Shown: positions 34,084-43,536 of the stretch, piece by piece | Layout of the letters: each line of letters begins with the position of its first letter | How positions within the stretch are numbered: position 1 is the first letter of the stretch | Assembly (NCBI GenBank): GCA_048941285.1 | Contig: JBHLNS010000007.1 | Location: forward strand, 32,351-96,350 | Reading direction: 5' to 3' | Origin: Promethearchaeota archaeon | Lineage (GTDB): Archaea > Asgardarchaeota > Lokiarchaeia > Sigyniarchaeales > SOKP01 | Length of the DNA stretch: 64,000 bases | Position numbers and translations under genes: made by a program | Notes under the pieces: model-generated | What the model saw: the letters and a program-made list of their open reading frames with translations, nothing else | Told to the model about the DNA's origin: nothing | Databases searched by the model: none

Positions 34084-36453
34084 ATGAAATGTTTATTCTG
34101 TGAAAATCAAAAAATCGATTTCACATGCGAAAAATGTAAATCTAGCTTTTGCATTAATCATATTGCTACAACTGAAATACATGAATGTAGAAAACATAAT
34201 TTAATCTATTCTAAAGTAAAAGCAATTGAAAGAAATTTTAAATGCACGGTTGTAGAAAGCAGTGAATGCCCAGTTTGTAAAAATCTCTTAAGATTAGAAA
34301 GATTATCTTCAGGGCAGTATTATTTAGAATGTATTAATCCGAATTGTCCTGAAGCATGGAATTCATATTTGAAAACACCAGGGTTATTTTTCCCTTCAAA
34401 GGAAAAACTTGCAAGAGAAGCTTTAAGATATAATCTCATAAAAGTTAATAGATTAATCTTATGTAGTAAGAAATTACGCCATATAATTGGAAAAGAAGTT
34501 TGTCCTAAATGTTTTCTAGACTTGTTACAAATAGCTCCGATTACTAATTTTTCAACAATAATGAATTCTTTTAATATATCTGCAGAACAAATGATTAAAT
34601 TTATAAACAAATACATTGAGGAAGAACGAATATATGGAATTATTGATCAAAAAAATCAGATGTTTTATTACATATCTCCCGAAATGCGGGAAAATATATT
34701 AGCTAAATTTCAAAATGAAGGGATAATTAAAGTAAGCGATTTAGGAACTATGCTTGATATGAGTTCGGAGATCGCTTTAAAAGTAATTTACAAGTTAATA
34801 AATCAGTTTCAAATTAAAGGTTCTTTCTCATTAGATAAAGATATATATTATACTCAAAAGTATATATTAGACAGTTTGATAAAAGAGATTAATAAAAAAG
34901 GGAGGGTAAATCTTAAAGAACTTGCTGATATTTTTGATATCCCAAAAGAACTTGTTAAATCATTTTGTGTGAATTTAATGAGAACTAAAGCTGTTAATGG
35001 TTTTTTCGCTGATCGTGGAAATGAAATCATTACAGCTGATCAAATTTACACAGATATAAGAAATTATTCCAAAGAAACAGGATTGTTTGAACTTTCAAAG
35101 CTTGCTATAAAATTAAAAATTGCAGTAGAATTAGCAAGAAAAAGCCTTCATGAGTTAATAAAAACCGGTGATATTAAAGGCCTCTTTACTCAAAGAAGAG
35201 AATTTATGACTAATAAACACATGGAGAAAAAGATAAGAGAAATCGCTAGAGCATATAGAACAATGCCTTTACGAGAACTTTCAAATAGATTAGGAGTCAC
35301 TGAATCAAGTATTGAAGAAAATTTAGCTCAAATTATAGCTCGTGGAGATATAGATGGATATATCGATATGTCTAAGAAAGTTTTTGTTGCGTACAGTGTC
35401 CCTATGGAAACAACATCAAAAGCTAAATCAACAGCCAAAGAACCTCTCGATGAAGGTAAAATTGAAGTTGTTCGTGATTATGATTTCGTAGGTGGTCAAT
35501 TACATTTCAAGGTAGCTATCCGCAATCAAAGTAATATGGCAATAAATACAGTGAAAGTCCTTTTAGATGTACCTTCAAGTTATAATGCAAAAAGTCCTCT
35601 CATTACTGTGCCTGTTATAGAAGCAAAAAACTCTAGAGGTGTTGATTTCTATTTGGAGCCAAAAGAATGCGGAATTTCGAATATTACTGGTGATGTTATC
35701 TACAAAACCGCTACTGGAGAAAAAAAAACGGTTCACATACGTAAAAAAGAAGTTCAAATAAAATGTCCCTTAGTAGTTTCATGTTTAGCAACAATCGAAG
35801 ATATTCAAATAGCCATCGCAGATCTTCCCAATGATGCTCGAGCATTTTTAATTGCAGATCTGGATCCTCGTTTAGCTTTTAGAGCAGCAGTAAGAACCAT
35901 TAAGCGTTTTGAAGTAAGCACAGTGACTTCTCATGAAGGAACTGATTCTAAAGGTAAATATGAAGCGGAGAGTTGGCATTGTTCAGAAGCGAAGATAGGT
36001 GGAGGAAGAATTGTTACACGAATATATGTATCTGAAGCGAATCAGTCATTAGAAGTTAGAGTTTGGTGTAATCATCCTGGTCAATTAACAGGGTTTTTAG
36101 CTAAAGTGATTGAGCTATTATTTGAGGAGATCAATTTAATAAGAAAGATTAAAAGTGAAGAACGTGAAAAAACAATCGATGTTATGGCAATAACTCAAAA
36201 TATTGCAGAGATGTCGGATTATTGCATGCTAAGATGGAAAGCGCAAAACATTAGAACTAAATTACATGATACTTTTGTTAGAGTAAGAAAAATTATGGGA
36301 GATAAAGAAGCTATTCTAGGGAGAATGGAATTTTGGTTAACAAACTTGAATAAATATGGAAAAGATGATAAGATTTCCGATGAGGACGCAGATAAACTTG
36401 TGGTAGAACTTGAAAACTTTAGGAATGTTATCGCTCGTTCTATCAAATTGTAG
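34084..36453 (+). CDS. Multidomain protein: Cys/His Zn fingers, tandem winged-helix (PCI/UFL1-like) repeats, C-terminal beta-rich domain
   Basis: CxxC clusters in the first 145 aa; about 5 wHTH repeats, the last AYRTMPLRELSNRLGV...IARGDIDGYID. Confidence 0.7.
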   Translation: MKCLFCENQKIDFTCEKCKSSFCINHIATTEIHECRKHNLIYSKVKAIERNFKCTVVESSECPVCKNLLRLERLSSGQYYLECINPNCPEAWNSYLKTPGLFFPSKEKLAREALRYNLIKVNRLILCSKKLRHIIGKEVCPKCFLDLLQIAPITNFSTIMNSFNISAEQMIKFINKYIEEERIYGIIDQKNQMFYYISPEMRENILAKFQNEGIIKVSDLGTMLDMSSEIALKVIYKLINQFQIKGSFSLDKDIYYTQKYILDSLIKEINKKGRVNLKELADIFDIPKELVKSFCVNLMRTKAVNGFFADRGNEIITADQIYTDIRNYSKETGLFELSKLAIKLKIAVELARKSLHELIKTGDIKGLFTQRREFMTNKHMEKKIREIARAYRTMPLRELSNRLGVTESSIEENLAQIIARGDIDGYIDMSKKVFVAYSVPMETTSKAKSTAKEPLDEGKIEVVRDYDFVGGQLHFKVAIRNQSNMAINTVKVLLDVPSSYNAKSPLITVPVIEAKNSRGVDFYLEPKECGISNITGDVIYKTATGEKKTVHIRKKEVQIKCPLVVSCLATIEDIQIAIADLPNDARAFLIADLDPRLAFRAAVRTIKRFEVSTVTSHEGTDSKGKYEAESWHCSEAKIGGGRIVTRIYVSEANQSLEVRVWCNHPGQLTGFLAKVIELLFEEINLIRKIKSEEREKTIDVMAITQNIAEMSDYCMLRWKAQNIRTKLHDTFVRVRKIMGDKEAILGRMEFWLTNLNKYGKDDKISDEDADKLVVELENFRNVIARSIKL

Positions 36454-36518
36454 GGTTATCTTCCCTAAAAAAAGATTTATATTCTTTAGAATCTATATTT
36501 ATTATTAAAAACTAATTT

Positions 36519-36947
36519 TTGGTGTTAATTATTCCTATTATCAGTGTTTCTTTGAATGAGAATCTGAAAAAATTCATTAATAAGCTTGTTTCAAAAAACC
36601 AGTACGAGAATAAATCTAAATTAATTAGAGATGCTCTATTACGTTTAATGTCTACAGAAGATATATCTTCTTCCCTTGATTCTTTTAGTGATTTTACTCC
36701 AGTTGCAAAAAAGGTGATTGGTAACATGATTATTGTTGCTCCTAATGATTCAAATGTTCAAAAAAAATTAAATAGAATAGAAAGTGAATATAACAAACAG
36801 ATTGTTAGTAAAAATCAGAATTTTGTAAATCAAAATTTCATAATATTTATGATTTATGAAGGAAATCTTCAAGAATTTCAAAAACTTGTTGTAGAGATAA
36901 ATAGTATCGAAGAAATAAAAAATTTTAGATACCTAATTATTAACTAA
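36519..36947 (+). CDS. Ribbon-helix-helix (NikR/CopG-like) transcriptional regulator
   Basis: IISVSL...YENKSKLIRDAL plus ACT-like C-terminus; start uncertain. Confidence 0.8.
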   Translation: MVLIIPIISVSLNENLKKFINKLVSKNQYENKSKLIRDALLRLMSTEDISSSLDSFSDFTPVAKKVIGNMIIVAPNDSNVQKKLNRIESEYNKQIVSKNQNFVNQNFIIFMIYEGNLQEFQKLVVEINSIEEIKNFRYLIIN

Positions 36948-37031
36948 AATTATCTTTCTATTTCCAAAAAATTTAGAATAATTATTAAATATAACTGCAA
37001 TCATATAAAGGTCAAATAAAGTAATATAAAA

Positions 37032-37391
37032 ATGGGAAAAAACAAATACGGGAAAGCATTTCAAAAAGAAACGCATTTGAAGCACGGTGGAGTCAAGCAA
37101 GGAGGAGATCCTATTCGCGGAGGAAAAATTAAGGCAAGTCACATCTTAGTTGAGAAGTTTAGTAAAGCTAAAGAGATTCATGAAGATTTAATGGCTGGAG
37201 ATAAGTTTGAACAATTAGCAAGTCAATATTCTAGCTGTTCAAGTAAGAAGAGAGGAGGAAATTTAGGTGAATTTAGTAAAGGAGATATGGTCCCCGAATT
37301 TTGGGACGCATGTACAAAATTAAAAATTGGTGAAATTTCTCAACCCGTAAAATCTCAGTATGGATACCATATTATCAAACGCACAGGATAA
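37032..37391 (+). CDS. Parvulin-type peptidyl-prolyl isomerase
   Basis: ASHILV, FEQLASQYS, GGNLG.F, MVPEF, PVKSQYGYHII. Confidence 0.93.
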   Translation: MGKNKYGKAFQKETHLKHGGVKQGGDPIRGGKIKASHILVEKFSKAKEIHEDLMAGDKFEQLASQYSSCSSKKRGGNLGEFSKGDMVPEFWDACTKLKIGEISQPVKSQYGYHIIKRTG

Positions 37392-37399
37392 AATATAAG

Positions 37400-37501
37400 T
37401 AGCCCAGCACGGATTCGAACCGTGGTCCAGGGGTATCTCCAAAAACTTAGTTAAAAAGATTTATCAGAGCCCCCGATGCTTGACCTCTACACCACTGGGC
37501 T
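37400..37501 (-). tRNA. tRNA-Gln(CTG) with 29-nt intron at 37/38 (37435-37463)
   Basis: AGCCCAG/CTGGGCT acceptor, GGTTCGAATCC T-arm, CTG anticodon; BHB CUCU/GGAG with GAU and AUA bulges. Confidence 0.93.
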
Positions 37502-37685
37502 TTTAAAGCGTTTTTATGAACCTTATTTATTTGATAATAATAATTTGGAAACTCTAAAAAACCTTTCTCAATTAACTAAATTTAACCGTACATTAGTTAA
37601 ATGCTTCCAAAATATAAATTAATAACCAAAAAAATTTCTTTTTTAAATAAGATAAATTTTTATTTATTAATCTCTATATGTATAT

Positions 37686-37822
37686 TGGATTACACACACT
37701 TGATCTGGAGGACACGAAAAGATATCAGTTTAATAAACTAGTTTTTAAACCCCGTGTGACTGAAAAAAAAAACCCCGTAAACTGAAAACACTTTTTAAAT
37801 TATTCCTCCATTGTGTAATCCA
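37686..37822. ncRNA. Candidate structured RNA or MITE-like element
   Basis: Perfect 11-bp terminal IR TGGATTACACA/TGTGTAATCCA, nested TGGAGGA/TCCTCCA and TCAGTTTA/TAAACTGA, internal direct repeat AAACCCCGT..ACTGAAAA. Confidence 0.5.
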
Positions 37823-37898
37823 CCCTTTAGAATTAAATATGATTATGATATTTATGTAACATCTTAATTCATTATTTAGATCATAAAAAGTATTTGTG

Positions 37899-39101
37899 TT
37901 AGTTATTTTTCCTAAATTTATTATAGATTTCATTAAAATACTTATCAGACATGCCGGCAATATAATCTCGTACTATAAGGGTTAATTGATTTTTTTTTTG
38001 GAGCGATTTGAAATAGGTACTAAAACTTTTATCATCAATATATTCAATATGATCTTTAAAAATGGGTGCTTTATAATTTTCTTGTTCTAAATCTTTCAAG
38101 GATCTACTAAAAATTAATAAAAACCTCTCTTTTAATTTATCAATAAAATTTTTATCAGTAGAGTTTTTTTGAAGCAAATCCCTTCTTATGTATATATTAT
38201 CGTAATTAAATGCTTTCAATTCTTTTAAAGCTTGGAAAATTTCATCTGAATATCCTATAACATCATTATCTAAACTGAAATTAAGTAGATCTGTAATTAA
38301 AGTATCAATAATTTTTGGATTTGTATCTCCAAGAATCTTTGTACAATTTTTAGGAATCTGTTTTCGATCTATTAACTTTAATAATATGGCATCTTCAATG
38401 TCCCTTCCTATATAACTAATAGTATCACTAAACCTAGTAACAATTGCTTCATAAGTCATAGGAATTCTCTTGATTTTATTCTCATTGAAACAATCGTCAT
38501 ACTCTTTGAAATGTTCTTCCCAAGATTTTCCATTTCTTTTGTTGGGTTTCAGTTGTTGTTCATTGACCTCCCCATCATGACAAAGTATTCCATCAAGGAC
38601 TTGTAATGTTAAGTTAAGGCCATTAGCTGGCTGGTCAGGATGTCTTTTCTCTAGATATGAAAGCCATCGAATTCCTTGGGCATTATGGCTGAAAGTCCCC
38701 ATATTATATTCTTTACTAATTTCATTTAAAAGATCTTCACCCAAATGCCCGAAAGGGGCATGTCCAACATCATGACCTAACGCAATTGCTTCTATTAAAT
38801 CGGTATTCAATCTTAAAACTCTTCCTATTTGGCGGGCAATCCTAGAAACTATGTGAACATGAAGTGAACGATGAGTGATATTTGCATTATTTATATCAAA
38901 AAATACTTGGGATTTATCAATATAACGAGCATAAGCTTTGGAATGGACAATTTTATCAACATCTCGAAAGAAAGGAGGTCTAATCTCTTCACTTTCTTCT
39001 TTATGATATCTGATTGCCTCAGAATCCAATATTCCGTGAATTCCTACATTCACATCTCTTTTCATTCGAGTTTGTAAGAGATCAATTCTACGCTTATCCA
39101 T
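37899..39101 (-). CDS. dGTP triphosphohydrolase-like HD domain protein
   Basis: FFRDVDKIVHS, KSQVF, THRSLH, GHDVGHAPFGH, DTISY, RDYIAGMSD. Confidence 0.88.
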   Translation of the reverse strand: MDKRRIDLLQTRMKRDVNVGIHGILDSEAIRYHKEESEEIRPPFFRDVDKIVHSKAYARYIDKSQVFFDINNANITHRSLHVHIVSRIARQIGRVLRLNTDLIEAIALGHDVGHAPFGHLGEDLLNEISKEYNMGTFSHNAQGIRWLSYLEKRHPDQPANGLNLTLQVLDGILCHDGEVNEQQLKPNKRNGKSWEEHFKEYDDCFNENKIKRIPMTYEAIVTRFSDTISYIGRDIEDAILLKLIDRKQIPKNCTKILGDTNPKIIDTLITDLLNFSLDNDVIGYSDEIFQALKELKAFNYDNIYIRRDLLQKNSTDKNFIDKLKERFLLIFSRSLKDLEQENYKAPIFKDHIEYIDDKSFSTYFKSLQKKNQLTLIVRDYIAGMSDKYFNEIYNKFRKNN

Positions 39102-39226
39102 CTTGGCAAGATCTTTTTTTTTCTTAAAGACTATTGATATAAGATTAGATTGATTATTATAAAGATTTTTCTAGCTCAGTATTAAAATAAATAGTATTTT
39201 ATTCTCAGTAATAAATTTAATTTCGA

Positions 39227-40189
39227 TTACCCTATTTTAATATCAATTGCTTTATATGGGCATGATTCTTTACACTTTAAACATAGATTGCACTCTCCCT
39301 TTCCAGTGAAGAATTCAAAAGGTTCATCTAATATCCTAATTTGTTTAGGACAAACTCTTTCACATACTCCACATTCAGCCCTTCCTACGCATTTAACTGG
39401 GCTCCTTGATAGTTTCAAGAAAGAATACTCACTAATAACAGAAGATAAAGCCGCAAAGGGGCAAAAATATCTACAATATAGCCTTGGATACCAAATTGAT
39501 AAAATTAACACAGCAATATAGAAAATTGAAATTATGAAAACTAAAAAATTGGTAAAAATTGGATCAATACTCCTTGTTACAATAATCTGCCGAATTAAAT
39601 CAGGAAAAAATACAAAAATGAATTCAGATAAAGAAAAATAAGATAGGGGTTTATCTCCAAAATCTCCTAAATTAGCTCTAAATTCTATATAAAAAGACCA
39701 ATTTATCAATGCTGAGATCGCTAAAGGAACGACAAGTAGAATTAGAAATATTACTATAATATACTTTATTTTCAATAAAGACTTGTGATTAATAATGCCT
39801 AAAAATCCTCCACTAAGCTTTACGGTCCTTTTTTTTGTAGGTATTGCGGCACATGCATCTTGAATAGTTCCAATAGGACATATCCATCCACAAAAAATTC
39901 TACTTGTTAATAAAATTATTAATATAAAAACACCAATAAGAAAAATTGGTATTATTCCTACTGTAAAAGAATAGAAAATTATTTCTATAATTCCAGTACT
40001 ATTTGAAAGAGGATTTCTAGCAGAATTTAAAACTGGAATTACTCTTAAAAATCCTTCTAAGCCTATTAAATTAATAGAGAAAATTAGTTCTAAGATTGTA
40101 TAATTTATTATTAGGAACGCTATAATTTGAAAAATACGCCTAAATATTGTTATTAAATGGTTTTTTATTTTTAATTCTTTTAAATTCAA
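39227..40189 (-). CDS. Membrane 4Fe-4S binding protein (NapH/MauN-like)
   Basis: RIFCGWICP, YCRYFCP, CGVCERVCP, CNLCLKCKESCP. Confidence 0.88.
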   Translation of the reverse strand: MNLKELKIKNHLITIFRRIFQIIAFLIINYTILELIFSINLIGLEGFLRVIPVLNSARNPLSNSTGIIEIIFYSFTVGIIPIFLIGVFILIILLTSRIFCGWICPIGTIQDACAAIPTKKRTVKLSGGFLGIINHKSLLKIKYIIVIFLILLVVPLAISALINWSFYIEFRANLGDFGDKPLSYFSLSEFIFVFFPDLIRQIIVTRSIDPIFTNFLVFIISIFYIAVLILSIWYPRLYCRYFCPFAALSSVISEYSFLKLSRSPVKCVGRAECGVCERVCPKQIRILDEPFEFFTGKGECNLCLKCKESCPYKAIDIKIG

Positions 40190-40398
40190 AAATTACCACT
40201 AAGCTCGATAAAAGTATAAAAAGATTAATTAATACTGGTTAAAAAAAATTTTTTTTTCCTTATCAAAAAGCTAAGAAAAAAAGAATTGAATTATTAAAAT
40301 GAGTTCAATAATTTCAAATTTATAATTATTCAAAATAATAAATAGCAAATTTTGAAGAAAAATTTAACTTAAAAAATAAAAAAATTGCATTAAATAGT

Positions 40399-42309
40399 TT
40401 ACTTAAGTAAAACTGTTTCTAAGTTTTTAGGGGCAGCTGTGGATTTTCGTAGTTTCTTATGAATCATTGTTGATAAACTAATTGCTTTAGATTCTTCTCC
40501 ATGACAAACAAGAACTTTTTTAGGTCTTGGTTGAATTCTCCTTAGGAATTGGGAAATTTGACTACGAGATGAATGTCCACTAAACCCTTCGAGAGTGAAA
40601 GTTTTCATATTGAGTTTAACGAGCTGTGTTCGGCCCTTTGAATCTATATAAGTGAATTCCCTGAAACCACGCTGGATTCTATTACCTAATGTTCCTGAAA
40701 CTTGATATGAGACAAAGATCAGTGAGTTTTTAGGATCATTGGCTAATTCTTTTAGATATTGTACAGATGGACCCCCTATAAGCATACCACTTGTAGCTAA
40801 AATAATACAAGGACCACCCTTGATAATATCAAGCCTTTCATCTTGTACTGATACAGTTTCGAAATAATCACTTAGAAATGGATTTTTACCTTGGTGTAAA
40901 ATTTTTTCTCTTAGATCACTACTAAGAAAATCTGGATTAGCAGTATGTATTGCTGTCGCTTCGCTAATTAGTCCATCAATAAAGATAGGTACTTTATCAA
41001 TAAACCCTTTCGAAATATATTCCTCTAAAACAATTAATAACTCTTGAGCTCGTCCTACAGCCAATACGGGTACAAGAACTTTGCCACCTCTTTTGAGGGT
41101 TAAATTTAATATTTGTTTGAGTTCTCTTTCAGACTCTTGTCTACTAGGAATACGATCTTGAGGCCCTCCATATGTAGATTCAATTAAGAGACTTTCTACT
41201 CTTGGAAATTTAACTGCAGCTTTTTCTAATAATCGAGTCTTTTGAAATTTAAAATCTCCTGTATATACAAAATTATAATCTCCTTTTCCAAAATGCAAAT
41301 GTATCATTGATGATCCTAAAATATGGCCAGAATTATGCAGTGTTAATTTAATATCAGGGGCAATATCTGTTACTTTTCCCCAAGAAAGGGGAATTGTATG
41401 AAGCACTGTGGATTTTACATCTCTCTTTGAATATGGTAATGGAGAGCCCTCTTTTTCACAAATCTGAATAAAATCAAGTTGTAGCATTGTAGATAGGTTA
41501 CGTGTGGGTAAAGTACTATAAACTGGGCCTCTATATCCGTATTTATATAAAAATGGAACAAGTCCACAATGATCCAAATGTGCATGTGATATAATGACGG
41601 CATCAAGATCTCTTATAGTAAATTCAGGTATTTCAAAGAATGGAAATTTCTCATTTGGATTTCCGACATTTAGACCAACATCCAATAAAACATTGCTATC
41701 TCTTGTCTGCATCAATATACAAGATCTTCCAACTTCTCTAAAACCACCTAAAGCACTTAATCTAATATTCAAGTCTTTAAAGATTACAGGTCTATGGATC
41801 CTTTTACCAATTTCTAGTAAAATATCTTTTTGTGTTTGTCTTTCCTTTGAAAGCATCCCTCTTATTAACTGAATTGTTCTTGAATTGAGTGGAGGAGTTC
41901 GAATGGTTCTAGGTTGCCAAAAAGTGTTTGTTCTTATTTCTTTTAAATTCGCACCTTTTTTTCCGATAACAAGTCCAGGTTTCCCAGATTCTATTATGAC
42001 TTCACCTTTAGTATGATCAAATTCAATACTTGTAATCTCTGCATCATCATTAACAAGATTTTTAATATAGATTTCAGTCTCAGCTGGATCTTTTCGCTTA
42101 TCTACATTCCACCTAAAAACAACTCGTTTTCGCATGGTTTTTGCTAGATCCTTCAAGATCGTTGAGCTTTCTATTGCATCTACATCTGAATTTTCAGAAT
42201 ATACTGCAATTTCAGGACCTTCAAACTCAATTTTCTTAACATGAATTTCAGGTGGAAGGTTATGGGTAATTTCATCCTTAATTCGTTTTAATTCACTTTC
42301 ATAACTCAT
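40399..42309 (-). CDS. fttA: Beta-CASP ribonuclease aCPSF1 / termination factor FttA
   Basis: Two KH domains (KPGLVIGKKG), GGFREVGRS, SHAHLDH, GHILGS, FSGHS. Confidence 0.95.
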   Translation of the reverse strand: MSYESELKRIKDEITHNLPPEIHVKKIEFEGPEIAVYSENSDVDAIESSTILKDLAKTMRKRVVFRWNVDKRKDPAETEIYIKNLVNDDAEITSIEFDHTKGEVIIESGKPGLVIGKKGANLKEIRTNTFWQPRTIRTPPLNSRTIQLIRGMLSKERQTQKDILLEIGKRIHRPVIFKDLNIRLSALGGFREVGRSCILMQTRDSNVLLDVGLNVGNPNEKFPFFEIPEFTIRDLDAVIISHAHLDHCGLVPFLYKYGYRGPVYSTLPTRNLSTMLQLDFIQICEKEGSPLPYSKRDVKSTVLHTIPLSWGKVTDIAPDIKLTLHNSGHILGSSMIHLHFGKGDYNFVYTGDFKFQKTRLLEKAAVKFPRVESLLIESTYGGPQDRIPSRQESERELKQILNLTLKRGGKVLVPVLAVGRAQELLIVLEEYISKGFIDKVPIFIDGLISEATAIHTANPDFLSSDLREKILHQGKNPFLSDYFETVSVQDERLDIIKGGPCIILATSGMLIGGPSVQYLKELANDPKNSLIFVSYQVSGTLGNRIQRGFREFTYIDSKGRTQLVKLNMKTFTLEGFSGHSSRSQISQFLRRIQPRPKKVLVCHGEESKAISLSTMIHKKLRKSTAAPKNLETVLLK

Positions 42310-42696
42310 AAATCTTCATTAGACTAGGTAATTACTTTTTAATTTTGACAATATGATAAATTCCTAAAACTTAGATTTTTTTTTATTAATATAATCGTCT
42401 ATTGATTAAGAACACATGAAATTTGATTTATTTATGAATATGGTTTGTATATTTGTAATTGCCAATTTTGAATAAATAGTATTACATTCTCTTACATTAT
42501 AGCTTATTTTCGGAAGAGAATAATCTTGAGAATGAAATATTACTAAATTTCTAAGATAAATATGAATTAATCAAATAAAAACTTTAGTTTTATGTATTAA
42601 TACTAATTATATAAAAACTTTTTTTTAATCTCTTTTTCTTACAATAATTATTCATTAATAAGTATATTTTTTTTGAAGAAAATCGGAGAATTTATT

Positions 42697-43329
42697 ATGG
42701 AAAAAATAAAAATAGGCGCAATTGCTTCTGGCTCAGGATCGAATTTTGAGGCAATAGTCAATGCTTGTGAAACGGGGATTTTAAAAGATAAAGCCACAGT
42801 TGAAATATTATTATGTAATAAAACCGGAGCTTATTGTATGGAAAGAGCTAAAAATCATAATATACCATATGTATTAATTGAATCGGATAAGTATAAAGGA
42901 TCAAGAGAGGAATTTGACCAAAAAATGATAGAAGTACTTGATAAATACGAATGTAAACTCATAGTGCTTGTAGGATACATGCGTTTTGTCAGTGAATTGT
43001 TTTTAAAACATTTTAAGGGAAATATTATGAATATCCATCCAGCACTTCTTCCAAGTTTTAAAGGTATGCATGCTCATGAAGACGCATTAGCATATGGTGT
43101 AAAAGTTTCGGGTGTAACCGTCCATTTTGTTGATATTCATGAAGATCATGGACCAATTATCATTCAAAAATGTGTACCTGTTTATGATACGGATACTAAA
43201 GATACTTTAGGCCCCAGAATTTTAAAATGGGAGCATAAAGCTTTTCCAAAAGCTATAGAACTATTCTGTGATGAAAGATTGCATATTGATGGAAGAATAG
43301 TCAGAATTGATGGAGAAGTTAAATTATAA
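42697..43329 (+). CDS. purN: Phosphoribosylglycinamide formyltransferase
   Basis: ASGSGSNFEAI, GYMR, NIHPALLPSF, GVTVHFVD. Confidence 0.95.
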   Translation: MEKIKIGAIASGSGSNFEAIVNACETGILKDKATVEILLCNKTGAYCMERAKNHNIPYVLIESDKYKGSREEFDQKMIEVLDKYECKLIVLVGYMRFVSELFLKHFKGNIMNIHPALLPSFKGMHAHEDALAYGVKVSGVTVHFVDIHEDHGPIIIQKCVPVYDTDTKDTLGPRILKWEHKAFPKAIELFCDERLHIDGRIVRIDGEVKL

Positions 43330-43348
43330 CTTTTACTTTAGTAACTTA

Positions 43349-43448
43349 GGGAAATGAGTTTGATGTGCTATCTGACCCAACGGATTATTTCAACTACAAA
43401 GTTGTATTTAAGATGACGAAGATCTTGAGTAGCTAAAATTCATTTCCC
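43349..43448 (+). ncRNA. Candidate structured RNA (long basal stem plus three-hairpin junction)
   Basis: GGGAAATGAGTTT/AAATTCATTTCCC, GCTA/TAGC, hairpins TCTG/CGGA, CAACT/AGTTG, AAGAT/ATCTT; G-U pairs favour the + strand. Confidence 0.55.
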
Positions 43449-43536
43449 GCTAATTTTCCCTTCATAGAAATACTAAGATTTTAATCGAAGTATTTATAAT
43501 CCTAAATAATGTAATAGAAAAATTTTTGATTGAATC

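Noticed and set aside
37748-37788. AAACCCCGT direct repeats as a CRISPR array
   Set aside because: Only two short copies, no spacer, no cas genes
37745-37960. 71-aa minus-strand ORF
   Set aside because: Overlaps the dGTPase end and the structured element; no protein features
43349-43448. Element as a tRNA, SECIS or C/D guide
   Set aside because: No T-loop or D-loop consensus, no in-frame UGA in flanking genes, box spacing wrong for a guide
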